Shown: piece by piece, positions 1-13,818 of the stretch | Position numbering within the stretch: the first letter of the stretch is position 1 | How the letters are laid out: every line of letters begins with the position of its first letter | Assembly (NCBI RefSeq): GCF_009914755.1 | Contig: NC_060945.1 | Length of the DNA: 64,000 bases | Strand: one strand, 5' to 3' | Source of the DNA: the human T2T-CHM13v2.0 reference genome, Homo sapiens | Position numbers and translations under genes: made by a program | Notes under the pieces: generated by a model | Seen by the model: only the letters and a program-made list of their open reading frames with translations | Database searches by the model: none | What the model was told of the DNA's origin: nothing

Positions 1-556
1 CTCTCTTTAAATACCTTTAACATTTTTTTTCAGGTTGGCCTTGAAAAATCTGATGACTAAGTATCTTGGGGATGGTAATCTTGCATAACATCATGCGAGG
101 GTGCTCCGAATTTCTTGAATTTGCATTTTGACCATTCTAGAGACATTGGGAACATTTTCATGGACAAAATCCTCAAATATGTTTTCCAAGTTGCTTACTC
201 CCTCTGCTTCTCTTCCAGGAATGTCAATGAATCTTAGGTTGAGTCAGTTTGAATAATTCCATACTTTTCAGAGGTTATGTTAATCTTTTTAAATTCTTTT
301 TTGTTCTTTATTTTTGTTTGCCTATATTTATTCAAAGGTTTGACCTTCAAGCTCTGAGATTCTTTTGTCAGGTTAGTCTATTCTATTATTAATACTTCTA
401 ATTGTATATTAAAATTCTTTTGGTAAGTTTTTTGATTCCAGAAGATCATTTGTTTCTTTCTTGAAAGGACTATGTCCTATTTCAGAGTTTGAATTATTTT
501 ATCTCACGAGCCTCCTCGCCATCCAAATTTTGATTCTATGTCTGTAATGTTAGCCA
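1..556 (-). mobile_element. L1 (L1PB/L1MA-age) ORF1-region fragment, antisense; runs off the left edge
   Basis: T-rich antisense L1 ORF1-like sequence (cctcaaatatgttttccaagttgctt; ccttcaagctctgagattctt) that switches abruptly to sense ORF2 near 557. Confidence 0.75.
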
Positions 557-1410
557 GTAACTAGTTCAAAAATTGAAACAGTAATAAAAAACCTTCCAAA
601 CCAAAAAAGCATGAATCAGATGGATTCACTGCTGAATTCTACCAGATGTACAAAGAAGGGTTAGTACCCATCCTACTGAAATTATTCCAAAAAAATCAAG
701 GAGAAGGGACTCCTCCCAGATTCAGTCTACAAAGGGTGCATCAATCTGATACCAAAACATGCCAGAAACATAATAAAAAATAAAACTTTAGGTAGGTCAA
801 TATCCCTGATTTACATAGATACAAAAATACTCAACAAAATACTGGCAAACCAATCCAGCAGCACATCAAAAAATTAATTAACTACAATCAAATAGGCTTG
901 ATTCCTGGAATGGAAGGCAGGTTCAACACACATAAATGTGATTCACCACATAAACCAAATTAAAAACAAAAACCACATGGTCATCTTAATAGATGCAGAA
1001 AAGAGTTTTGATAAAATTTAACATATATTTATGTTAAAAACCTTCAACAAATTAGGCATTGGAAGGACATACTTCAAAATAATAAGAATCATCTATGACA
1101 AACACACACTAATATCATACTGAATGAACAAAAGCTGGAAACATTCCCTTTAAAAACTGGAACAAGACAAAGATGCCCACTCTTACCACTACTATTCAAT
1201 ATAGTGCTGGCAGTTCTAGCAAGAGCAATCAGGTGAAAGAAAAACACAAATGGCATCCAAATAAACAAAAGGAAGTTTGCTGATGATATGATTCTATACC
1301 TAGAAATCTCACTCTGCCAAAAGCCTCCTAGAAGTGATAAACAACTTCGTTAAAGGCTTGGGATACAAGATCAATGCACACAAATTAGTTCCATTTCCGT
1401 AACTAATAAT
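557..1410 (+). mobile_element. L1 ORF2 (reverse transcriptase region) fragment, degenerate
   Basis: Matches L1 ORF2 (gatggattcactgctgaattctaccag; aaaatactggcaaacc; tttgctgatgatatg = FADD motif) with frameshifts and stops. Confidence 0.9.
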
Positions 1411-3489
1411 GTCTTGGCATTTTGTAATTTAGGAATTTGAAATTTGAGCTTGATGAATGAGTAAAACTGATTCTCACACTGATCTACAGCAGTCAATGTT
1501 CTTGTATACAAAACATCAGAGATTGTATTGTATAATTTGTAAACCAGGAAAGTAACTTTTAACTAAAGCAAATATGCATAAAATTTATTTTAGTATCAAA
1601 AAAAGTAAAGTCATACTTGTAGGATTATTTATTCTAAATTATTCTAGTAATAATTTATATTCTTCAACTAGATAAGATATTGTTAGAATTAAAATGGAAA
1701 ATATGATGATTATGGATTTAAAATTTTATAGTTAAAATGTCCTAGAGATGTATGAACATTTTAGTATAACATTACACCAATGTATTACAACAAACTCGGT
1801 TTTAAAAATAAATAGGCTAATTTTAAAACAAAACAAAAAAAAACTAGAACAATAGAATTCAGGAATCAAGGATTCCAGTGAATAATTCATTTTTTGGTGG
1901 ATCCAAATGTCAACGTATTTATAAATTTGTTTTGACAAAAACTTATCTGGAATTCTCTACTTTAATTAAACTTGTGTAAAGTGATAGAACATATTTCAGT
2001 CTAATACATCATTTTCACAAGTAAAACTTTTATTTTGGGGCTAAGAAAGTAATTAAATGCTGAAGAATTGATCACAAATAAAGTGGAGTATATTTCAGTG
2101 AAAAGAAAAAGCTTAAACAAGAAGCATGATTAGCACAAATCCCTTGAATGTATGAATATCTGGAAAAAGTTTAGTCAGGGTCAGAAAATAGAAAATAGAA
2201 TGTGACGTGTGAAATCATTAAAACGATATTTAAATGTTAAAATGTAAATTGAGGCTAAGACAACTGAAACAATTGAAAACAATAAAATAGCTTAATTTTT
2301 TCAAAAGAAATAATAGAATCAACTTACTAATTAAGAAAGCTAAAAATGATCCTCCATGCTCAATTAATAAATAAACCAAGAACCTGGTTTTGTATATAAA
2401 TTAAACATAAACTTTGTACATATTTTTATCTGATAAAAATATGGCATTTATATATGGGCAAAGCCAAATTTTGGATTATATTGAAAAGCAAATTTTCATA
2501 GCTTGGTTAGATCCTGTTTAATGCTAAACCATTTACTTGTTAGAAACGGCTTTATTCTCAATCCTCATTGATGCTTAGCAAAAACAAGCTTAAATGTTGC
2601 CCTGTCCATCTCCTGTACTGGGCATTCACTTCGAAAAGATGACTCCTTGGCTTTAAGTTGACAGAGTGTTTATTATCCACTAAAAGCAATAACTAACTAG
2701 TCCACAAGTACTAAATCCTAAGGCAGATTTAATCGACCCTGCTCTGCTAACAGCACGTTGCAGTCCTTCATTTGCCGTTTTCCACATTATTTTGACTTGA
2801 CATTGTCTTTCTTTCTCAGTGTATCATACATCCAACAAGGATAGAGGCCCTTTTTTGCTCTTCTTTATAACCTTACAACTAGGTTAAATGCCCGAGACAC
2901 AACAGATACGTAGTAAATGCTATTCACTGGTGAGTTCAGTCAAAGTTCTCAGGCTATTTGTAACAGGTTGGCACAATTTAAGGACCCTTTTGTTTCCTTA
3001 GCTCATCTAGATAATGCAGTGATGACTTGCTTTATGTTTTCTCATTGCTGCAGAGGCTTGAAACATCCTGAGAGATTCAATGACATTTGCTATTCAAACA
3101 TTTTTGTTCCAATTAATAGCGGTGCTTCTCAAGGGGAAATGCAGCACAAATGACTGGTCTCAGAAACATTCCCTTTTTGGGATAACTGAAGAAGAAAATC
3201 AAAATATGCCATGGTTTTAATGAAAACAGTCTGCATAACTCTCAGTAGAAGTGGGAAACTGGGAATTATATTGTGATATAGAGCGTGTCAGACGGAAAGT
3301 GACCATTGCTCTCAGCTACTATCATTGGAATAAATCAACAGCACAATTAATGAATTGACCTAGTTATCTTTTTAACTAACCTGTAAGGATTCCATTAGTT
3401 TACAGTGTTATTCTTTTAAAAATCAAAAAATGTATGCATGCGTCCTTTAAATTTCCTACCTGTTAGCAATAAAGCGAAAATAATTTAAG

Positions 3490-3567
3490 TAGGTTGATGC
3501 AAAAGTAATTGTGGTTTTGTCACTACTTTTAATGGCAAAAACTGCAATTACTTTTGCACCAACACAA
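3490..3567. mobile_element. MADE1 (Hsmar1-derived MITE)
   Basis: About 80-bp palindrome taggttgatgcaaaagtaattgtggttttg...caaaaactgcaattacttttgcaccaac. Confidence 0.9.
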
Positions 3568-4189
3568 CACATTAAACTCACTACCATCTTATAGAAATTT
3601 AGCTCATTCACACAGACATATTATCAGAACATATTTGTGAGGCACTTTAAATGTATAAAATGCCACTTTTGTTTTAATGATGTCAACCACCTAAGAAGGC
3701 AGTTTGAAGAAGTATTGCTAATTGTATTTAATATTAGAGTCAGCAGAATCACAAATAATGTTTTGAATTTTAAAAAGTAGTAAAGAATCAAAATTGGAAA
3801 AAACTTTTACTTCAAAATTGTCCTTTTGTGAGCAAAATAGATTTAATTTTAATTAATTAAAGAAATCTTTATGTTACCTCCTCCTTTCTTTTTTCTTCTA
3901 TCTTTGAGCATCTGGTTACTTATTTAACTCAGAGTTTTAGTTCAGGGTATCAAGGAGTGTCATGGAAACTTCTAACCCTAATTTCTAATGATAACCATGT
4001 GTGAAGAAAGGAAGACATTACCCATGACTAAAATAAAAAGCTTTAAGGTGAGAATCATAAAGAGTATACATCTCATGGTTTCTCAAGTGAGTAAAGTCTA
4101 AAGGGGTTTGCAGCCTGAGATGAACCTGGAGTTCATTGTTAGATATATGTTTTAGAGAAAAATCATCCTTCAACTTCATAGCACAACAT

Positions 4190-4960
4190 CACTCATTCAT
4201 CAATTAAATTAATCAATTTATTCACCCATCAATATTTTCATGGAAGTGTCTGCTATCTTCCAGGTGTCATGCTAAGTTCTGGCTATATGACGGTAAACAA
4301 AACCATCGTGCCTGGCTCACTTTTGTGGGAGATACAGATTTTTAGCAAATATACACACAATTATAAATTTTGAAATTGTAATAAATGTTACTGAGAAGAG
4401 GGGGAACAACCCTTAGATTCCCTGTAAGGAAACAAACAGAAAAAGCAGGGAAGGGAAAGATATTTAAACAGAATTGAATGGCAAGCACACTAAGACAATT
4501 AAAGAAAAAGTCTAAGAAGGGTGAAGGTGTGGAGCACTGAGGAGCTGCTGGATGGTAGGTAGTGTATCCAAGACTGCCAAGAGGTAAATTTGGGAGTGGT
4601 GGGAGAAGCCAGGTCACATAGAACCCTGAAGACCAAGTCAGAGGATCAATTTTATTCTAAGAGCATTGAAAATCATGTAGACAGATTGTAAGCTGAGGAA
4701 TGACATGTTGTAAGAACATTATCATGGATGCTATGCGGAGACATTGGAAGAATGGAAATGAGGAAACAAGGATGCAAAGCTATTGTAATACTATAGGCAA
4801 AAGATTTTTTTTTGACTCAAGTTATTCTGGAACCATGAAGGTGAGATGAACTATACACAGTTTTAAATTACTTTGGGGTAGAATGACACAAGGTGAGAGG
4901 TTGCATATGGTACTTGAGAAAATATATTTATATCAAGCACGACTTACAACTTTCTACATT
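4190..4960 (-). mobile_element. L2 fragment
   Basis: ttcattcat tail, then typical antisense L2 3' sequence (ccaggtgtcatgctaagttctgg...aaacaaaac) and purine-rich body. Confidence 0.6.
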
Positions 4961-4978
4961 GTATATAAAGGATATCTT

Positions 4979-5266
4979 GGCGGGGCACGGTGGGTCACGC
5001 CTGTAATCCCAGCATTTTGGGAATCCGAGGAGGGTGGATCATCTGAGGTCAGCGGTTAGAGACCAGCCTGGCCAACATAGTGAAACCCTGTTTCTACTAA
5101 AAATACAAAAAAAAAAAAAAATTAGCTGGGCATGGTGGTGCATTCCTGTAATCCCAGCTACTACTCGGGAGGTTGAGGCAGGAGAATCACTTGAACCCAG
5201 GAGATAGAAGTTGCAGTGAGCCGAGACTCCAGCCTGGGCGACAGGGTGAGACTCCTCAAAAAAAAA
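4979..5266 (+). mobile_element. Alu (AluS-type) with a short deletion in the right arm
   Basis: Dimeric Alu with expanded central A-run; ggatatc on both flanks as TSD remnant. Confidence 0.95.
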
Positions 5267-5339
5267 GGCGGGCGGATATCATTTACTTTGAATACTTTCT
5301 GAATTCCTAGGAAAATTGTTATGGATGGTAGTAGCAATA

Positions 5340-5708
5340 ATTCAAGTGAAGACACATGCTACAACATGGATGATACAACAAGGATAAGCATTAAAGACAG
5401 CATGCTAAGTGAAATAAGTCAGTCACAAAAGAACAGTTGGATGATTCTTCTTACATAAGGTGTCTAGAGTCAGAAAGTAGTTTGGTGGCAGTCAGGGGCT
5501 GTGGCAGCAGGGAATTAGTAGTTAGTGTTCAACGGATACAGTGTTTCAGTTGGGGAACATGAAAAAAGCTCTGGAGATGGATAGTTGTAATAATTGAACA
5601 AAAATGTGAATTACCTATACCACTGAATTTTACATTTAAAAATCATTTCAATGGTAAATTTTGTGTTATAGACATTTTACCACAATAAAAAAAAAAATAG
5701 AAAAAAAA
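5340..5708 (+). mobile_element. L1MA/L1MB 3' end with poly(A)
   Basis: catgctacaacatggatg...catgctaagtgaaataagtcagtcacaaaag...ttttaccacaataaaaaaaaaa. Confidence 0.85.
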
Positions 5709-6768
5709 TGTTGAACTCAGCAAGACTGAAATTTATCTGGATGAATTCATAAAAACTACCATGCATATTTAAGAATATATTCCACATCAATTTAATGTAT
5801 AAATTTAATGTGTGTGAACTAAAACACAATGTAAGAAATTTTGCCCTCTTCCTGTGGCTGCATTTTGAATTTTATCTGGAAATTTTTTGAGAATGTTTTG
5901 CATGCTCTGTGTGTCAGGTTTTAGGTAGTCTTTTGTCCTTGTTAAGATCTGGTACTCCACTTTCCCTCATTTTAAATAACTTTCACTTGACTTTCATTTC
6001 CATGCCAATAAGTTCATTCTAGTAATAAAATTTTATTGTCACTCTTTCCAAGTTTTTATTTTCACCGTTTTATGAATACTATCAGGAGACAAGAAAGAGC
6101 TTTACCCTTATATACCAATGTGCCACTCAAATTTATTTTCTGAAGTTAATCAAAAAGTTTTGGAGAATTTATTTTCCCCTATGATTATCTAAATGTGTCA
6201 ATTCACATAACATATAGATATTCCAAAAATTCAGCACCACAGAAGACCACATTAACACCATTGTAATATTTTAATTATTGGACTGAGTGGATCTTAGTCT
6301 TTTTAAATGAAAAGAGGATTCCACCCTCTCTACCCCTTACCCTGGCTCAATATCTCTCACATAATAGATGCAGGAAAATAATTTACTGATATGGTAGATA
6401 TGTGCCATCTGCCCATCGGGGATAGTAGAGGTGTCTGGTGTTACGAACAGCAGTAAAGTTCAAGTTTCCAACTCAGAAGTAGCATCTCTGTGGGGTAGTG
6501 GTGATTGCAGAACAGTCAAGGTCTTTGTATTTTGTGCTAGGAGGTAGCAATGACAACTTCAATAGTGTTTTTATTAGAACACTTTTTTCTTTTTTGCATT
6601 CTTTCACATTTTTTTTCCTAGAAGCAGAGCCTCAATTCTGTGTTTCCAGGTTTCATAATGATTCTGTGCACTATTTAATACACTTTTAATTAAGTATGTC
6701 TCGGTTTCAACCAGTAAAAATCGATTCTGTTCTTTAGAATAACCTGACTGATAAAATTGATAGAAACC

Positions 6769-7100
6769 TTCATTCATTCATTCATTCATTCATTCATCCA
6801 GTTGTTTATCAATTGTAAATGGCATTTATCACTCTATCATTCATCCAGTCACTTAGACAAACGTTTATTTAGCATCTACTTTTTCCCAAGGTCTGACTTG
6901 GGTAAAGAGTAAGAAAAGAGCTAAAATATATATGTCTCCTTCAAAAATATTTACACCTACTCAAGGGGCATGCTATGTAAGTGGACAATCACAGTAATAG
7001 TGTGGTGAGAATTACAAATAAATACTCAGAGAGCAATATATGAAATAAAGAGGGACAACCTTGCCAAGCTTGAGTGATCAAGGAAGACTTCTCAGAAACA
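6769..7100 (-). mobile_element. L2 3' fragment with (TTCA)n tail
   Basis: (ttca)n at about 6769-6797, then aaacgtttatttagcatctact. Confidence 0.6.
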
Positions 7101-7280
7101 ACAGTGTTTCTCAAAGTGTGATTTATAGATCATGTGCATTAGAGTCACCTGCTGGGGTTTAAACATCCCAAGTTGATTGCCTTTATCTATATCTACTGAA
7201 TCAAAATATTTGACTTTTTACCCAGGAATCCATATGTGGAACAAAGATTCTAGAAATATAAGTAAGTTGGGAAAGAATCT
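7101..7280. mobile_element. MER5-like hAT-Charlie fragment
   Basis: cagtgtttctcaaagtgtg...cattagagtcacctg...ctactgaatcaaaat. Confidence 0.55.
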
Positions 7281-7427
7281 GGAAGATGCTTTTTCAAAGT
7301 CCTGGAAGTAAGAGAGAACAGTCGAATGTTTAATATCCCAAGAACAAAGGAGCCAGAGGGACAGATACAGTAACTTCAAGTATGTCTGGCTTAGCATATT
7401 TTGACGTTTATGTGAACTATCAAAGTT

Positions 7428-7610
7428 TGGGGTCAAAGAGATGTGGATTTGTATCTTCCACTAAGTACACTGGCCGTGGTGCTTCAGTTTTGCTTGCTAT
7501 AGTTTTTCCGTCTTGACAGGAAGAAGAGTGACAGCAACTCATAGGGAGATAGTGAGAATTAAATTCACTTAATTGTATAAAGACACTCACTCTCAACAAA
7601 GGTTAGTTTC
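7428..7610 (+). mobile_element. MIR fragment
   Basis: gcttcagtttt...ctcatagggagatagtgagaattaaat, resembling the MIR core. Confidence 0.5.
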
Positions 7611-8993
7611 ATCATATTCATATGTATTTTTGCCAAAAAGAGTTGTTTGTTAGCTTGGTTAAATATCATGCCAAAGAAGTGTTTATGGTCATTCACTTTA
7701 TGCAGTGTACAGAGAGCAGCTGTGCAGATGGAAACTTAATAAATGGCTTTTTAACAACAGTCATGATAGTGGTTTGTACCTTCTTAAGTTCTGTTTAATG
7801 TTATTGAGTTTGTATTACATTCTGCTAAAGAAACATGGGCCTTTGAAAAGCATATGGGAAAGTATTTGTTGATGATATGAAAATTGGCTCTGATTCTGCT
7901 TGCAAATAATAGCAAATGAAAGATAGATATATTTGGCCAAATGTCAAACCAAATATTTTTAAATGTATTGGGAATATCTTAACAGATGTTTCCCAATGTT
8001 TAATATTGTTTTGGTGAAGTTTAGTTTAATATTGTATTTGGTGAAAATAATATTGGCATAATATTTTCATTCAGAGCTAAACTACTTTTTTTTAAAGAAT
8101 GTAAAACCATATCCCTCCCATCTGATTATGACCCTTTTGTTATTGATTTGAGTAAAAGAGGACTAGAACAATTATGCTTGAAATCACTCTTCATTGAGGC
8201 TTTCCATTTTTGGTGTTTCATGCTGCTCTTGTTTTCTTGATTTCCCATGAAATCAGATATTATTTTCTAATTATGGAAGCACAATAACAGCTGAGCTACA
8301 GCAAGCTCTTCTTGCTCTGGCTTTTGTAAACAAGGTATTGATGATTTCAGCAGATGTCCCTGATTTGAGATCTTTTGCTTCTTTCTAGGCAGGGGATGCT
8401 CAAACCATAGACACAAATCTGCTTTTCCAGGAATAACGTGCTAGCAACATGGTCAGCAACCCCAAGATTTTTAGCTATTACTCCCGAAAACCTCATCTGC
8501 TCAGTAACTACACTAGCCATCTGTTCCCCTAAAATTGTTTTCATTTCTTCTAACATTCAGTTGTTACTTAATACTAATCTATTTCAATGTTTTATGGTAT
8601 TTACTGCTCTGCATAACAACTGTACTTGTTCACTAACATTTGTTATCCGTTTTACATCATGAACATATATGTCTTCTTATTGTATTTTTTTTTCTTTTTT
8701 TAGTTGGGAGTGGAATTGCTGTTTTTATTATCCGCGGTCCTCTGACTATATATTCCTCACCATGTCGTGCAAAGCCTTCTACAATTTGATGTTAACCGGC
8801 CCTTTTACAGGCTGAGTATCCCTTCTGTAGAAATGTTGGAGGTCCAGAAATGTTTCAGATTTCAGATGTTTTTAAATTTCATAATATTTTCATATATATA
8901 ATGAGATATTTGGGGGATGGGACCCAAGTCTAAACAGGAAATTCATTTTGTTTCATATACCTTATATAACATAGCCTAAGGGTAATTTCATAC

Positions 8994-9386
<393 letters not shown>

Positions 9387-9759
9387 TCATACAATATTTT
9401 TAATACTTTTTTGGCATGAAGCAAAGTTTTGACTGCATTTTGGCTGTGAGCCATCACATGAAGTCAGGTATGGAATTTTCCACTTGTGGCTTCATGTTGA
9501 TGCTGAAAAAATTTCAGATTTTGGAGTATTTCAGATTTCAAAATTTTGAATTAGAAATGCTCAACTCGTACCACATATTACATCCTTTACAAACCTCTCA
9601 TTCCATCGGAAGTAGGTTCTTTCTAAAGATGCCTGTAATTTTTCCATCTTTATGCCTTTGCTTATTCTGTTTTTCCCTCATGCACTTTTTTCTCACAGTT
9701 CTACAAGTTTCAACTTTAAAACAATTATAAATGGTATCTTCTGTCCATGGATATTTAGA

Positions 9760-9921
9760 AGATATTAGCTGGGATAATCTGCACTATTAACACTCCAGCT
9801 GCCAGGCTTCCAGACAGGGACTTCCCAGTCTTCCTAATCACTTGAGGCAATACCTTACAATAAGTATCTTCATATGTATTCTACATAGTTCTGTTTTTCT
9901 CTGCGTAAGCCTGTCTAACAC
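9760..9921 (+). mobile_element. MLT2-type LTR 3' fragment
   Basis: cctaatcacttgaggcaataccttacaataag...ttctgtttttctctgcgtaagcctgtctaacaca. Confidence 0.55.
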
Positions 9922-10217
9922 ATTCGTAACCTCATTGTGGTTTAATTGCATTTCCCTGAATACCTGTGACATTTGCTAAATATCAGAAGAATGGATAAAT
10001 TGTATTCATACAGTAGAATAAAATAGTGTAATTAAGACAAAGAAACTACACCTATGTTATCAACATGAGTGAGTCTTAAATAATAAAATTGTTATTAAAA
10101 AACATGTGTGGAATATTTATCATCTCTTACTACATATATAGTAAGATACCATCTATATAAAAATCTAAAAATAGACTAATCAAGCTTATGTTGGCTTATT
10201 GATGCATTTATAAATAG

Positions 10218-10740
10218 TGCTGGCACTCAGAAACTGATATCCCAAAATATGAAACTTTGAATGACGAACTAAAGAAGAAGCCACATGGTCTCTGTGACCT
10301 TTCCCTCATCTTGTCTCTCAATCTTCTGTCTCTCCCAAACCAGAGAATGAAGTTATTCTCTGACATCTCCTTATCTGCCTAAAATCTGGACCCACCAAAG
10401 AAGAAAACAGTTACCTCTGCTCCCTTCCTGAATCTTCATTCACAGGAAGAGTAAAGTCTGTCAACACACTGGGACAGACTTTTGTCATTGTATATTCTCC
10501 AAGCCCACAGAATTCCCCTAAAAATCATTTACTACTCCCCCTAAAATTATTCACACTTTCCCAAATCCCTTTCCCCTAAGAAGCGTACATAAGCACCTGT
10601 CCCCTGTTGGTTTGGAGTTAATCACTCTGTGATTTTCCTCCATGCACATTAATAAAAATTTGCATGCCATTTCGCCTATTAATCCGCCTTTTGTCAGTCA
10701 ATTTTCAACAAACTTTCAAAGGTTTCTCTTCACCTTTACA
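10218..10740 (+). mobile_element. ERV1 solo LTR (MER34/MER39/MER93 group) inserted in an old L1M fragment
   Basis: TG...CA termini; cagaaactgatatcccaaaatat start; aataaa then cctattaatccgccttttgtcagt; atag/atcg flanks. Confidence 0.75.
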
Positions 10741-11009
10741 ATCGCAAAGGTGATTACTTCTGGGAACAGTGGATAGAGACTGACGCTGTGTAGGGATACA
10801 CAAGACTTTTTTTTTTTTATTTGATTCTGGAATAGTTTATATTACAGATGGGTTCACAGTATTTTATTTTCTCAACAGTTTTCTAGCTCAGAAATACTTT
10901 AATGATTAAAAACAAACAAAAAAAAGGGATTGCATATAGATGATTCTATTTTATTCTCTTTATTTGTTTTCTTACAATAATTTTTTTAAAATAAGAAGTA
11001 AGAACTGTG

Positions 11010-11720
11010 CCTAACTCCTTTTCACTGCTACATTCCTAGTCTAAGCCATCACAGTCATTTGTCACTATTACTGCAGTTGGATGCTAAATGGTCTCCCTCT
11101 TTCTATCCTCCCCTTAAATGGTCTATTTTATTTTGAAAATTACCATCAATTCTTCAAATATTTAAGTCAGATCATATCCCTTTTCTGCACTAAAACTTAC
11201 AATCAATTTCTATTTCATCAGAACAGCAAATAAACAATAAGCTCCATACAATGGCCATAAGACCTCCTGCCAATTATCTGTCTTTATCTTCTACTAATCT
11301 ACTGATCACAAATGCAGGAGAATATCTTAGAACTCTTGTTCTAGATATCCATTTTGCTTGGAACACTTTTTCCAAAGATATGTGCTTAGCTAGTCCCTCA
11401 CCTCCTTCAGGTTTTTTTCTCATATCTGACTTTCTCACAGGGATCTACCTAAACCACCAAATTTAGTGCTATAGCAGGTACTCCAGTGACACCATCATGC
11501 TGCTGATCTTTCCTTATTACACTCTATTTTTTCCATTTTCAGTAGCTTGCGCATTTAAACGTGCCACATAATGTAATTATTTGTAGGTGTACTGGTTATT
11601 GTGCATCTCCTCCACTAGAACATATGCTCCCCAAGGCAAGAAATCTTTATTTGGTTCAGCAACGATCTCAAGTAGCTAGACTAGGTGGCACTCAATAAAT
11701 ATTTGTGAAATGAATACATC
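11010..11720 (+). mobile_element. L2 3' fragment
   Basis: ccactagaacatatgctcccc...ggcactcaataaatatttgtgaaatgaat is the L2 3' terminus. Confidence 0.75.
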
Positions 11721-11824
11721 AATACATAATTGATAAAAGAGAAAGTTTTCATATTTTAGCTCATACTTGTTTTGGGAAATTTCTCATGGAGCACAAAAGT
11801 CGGCAGAGTAAGTGGCATTAAATA

Positions 11825-12514
11825 CAGTCATGCATCAATGAATGACAGGATACACTTTGATAAACACATTGTTAGATGATTTCATCATTGGGTAAAGATC
11901 ATAGAGTGTCCTTACACAAGCTTAGAAGGTAGTCTATATATAGTCTACTATAAATACTATGTATATAGTCTATATGTAGTATATATGTATATACTATATA
12001 AATAGACTTATATAGTCTACTACATACCAAGGCTATATGGTTTATCCCACTGCTCTCAGTTGACGAATCTTTACATTACAACATGTTCTTATACTGAATA
12101 TTGGAGACAATTGTAACATAGTGATAAGTGTTTGTGAATTGAAAAACCGCTAAACATAGCAAAAATACAGCAACAAAGATAGTATAAAAAATTTTTAAAA
12201 AGTGGTATACTTGCATGGGGCATTTACCATCAGTGGAGCTTTCAGAACTGGAAATTGTTCTAGTAAGTCATTGAGTGAGTGGTGAGTGAATGTGAAGGTC
12301 TAGGACATTACTGTGCAATACCATAGACCTTGTAAACAACGTACACTTAAGTTACACTAAATTTCAAAAGAATAAAGTAATTGCACTATGATGTTATGAT
12401 AGCTACAATGACACTGGGTGATAGAAATTTTTCAGTTTCCTTAAAATTTCATGGGGCCACCATAGTATATATGGTCTAGGGTAGACGGTAAAGTCATTAT
12501 GTGGCCCTTGAGTA
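11825..12514. mobile_element. Tigger3 (Golem) internal-deletion derivative
   Basis: ta|cagtcatgcatc start; atcatagagtgtccttacacaa; gagtgagtggtgagtgaatgtgaaggtctaggacattactgt; degraded right TIR. Confidence 0.85.
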
Positions 12515-13397
12515 TACTTTCTCTCTCTCTGTGAATATGTGTACATTTACAACTTCATATAGCTAAATTTGCCCAAAGTCATATGTGCATAATGGTGCAA
12601 ATCCACTGAGAATTTTCTAGGCACTGTACTAAAGATCTAAGGTATAAGGATTCTGAAATTGCATAAAATAGCTCCCTGCTCTAGGGGAGCACAGTTATTT
12701 TATTCTTAATTCCTATTTACATGTCTTTGGCTAAAGTAAGCCATGTGATCCTGCCTAATTTCAAGATACAGAAGTGCAATACCACCATATTGCACAAGGA
12801 GATCCAGAAATATTTGTAACAGCAATAATGATGACCTGATTGGTCATATATAATTCCAGGCATTCTTTTCTACTCCATAGCCTCCTTGAAAATCTCTTCA
12901 ATAAATAGCATAGAAAAGAAAAATGTCAAGTTATGAGTGTCTTGTGTTATCTCACTTTGAACATTGAATATACTTGTTCACCATTGAGAACTTCACCCTT
13001 ATTTCTAAACATCAATGCCCCTCAAAAACATCAAAGCATTGAGTACTCTGGAAATTACTTTTTGATATGATTACAACTAGGAGAATATCTATCCCATGGT
13101 TTCCATTCCTGACATCCTTTTGGGATTACTTGGAGCACTTATTAAACATAGACCTTTGGTATCACTTTAGAAGATTAAGACTGAGTAGATCTGAGGTGAA
13201 TATCATAAAAATATTAAAATAGGCATCCCATCCAACAGGGTTCTAATATAGCTATGTGGGGACTATGGCTTGTATGAAAAAAAAAAAGCATTTGTAAAAT
13301 GCTTCTGTAGTGAATGACAGTGACTGTTCACAGGACAATTTCTGCTCTTGGGGACTACAGCCTGTCTTGGGCTCAACCTGCTGCCTCTGAATTCACT

Positions 13398-13818
13398 TGA
13401 TGCATTTTGGATATTTGTCCCCTCCAAATCTCACCTTGAAATGTAATCAGCAATGTTAGAGGTGGAGCTTATTGGGAGGTATTGGATTATGGTGGTGGAT
13501 CCTTAATGAATGGTTTAGCACTGTCCTCTTAGTGATGAGTGTGTCTTTGCTCAGCTAGCACCTGCAAGATCTGGTTGTTTAAAGGAGTCTGGGACCTCCC
13601 CACCTCCCACCCCCTTACTCTTGCTCTCACCATGTCATGGGCTGGCTCCCTGTCGCGTGCTACCATGATTCTAAGCTTCCTGAGCCCTCACCAGAAACAT
13701 ATGCCAGCATCATGCTTCCTGTAAAGCCAGCAGAACCATAAGCCAATTAAACCTATTTTTAAAATGGATTACCCAGCTTCAGGTGTTTATTTATTACGAC
13801 ACAAGAATGGACTAACAC
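13398..13818 (+). mobile_element. MSTB-type MaLR solo LTR
   Basis: ttggatatttgtcccctccaaatctca...agccaattaaacct...aatggactaacaca. Confidence 0.9.
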
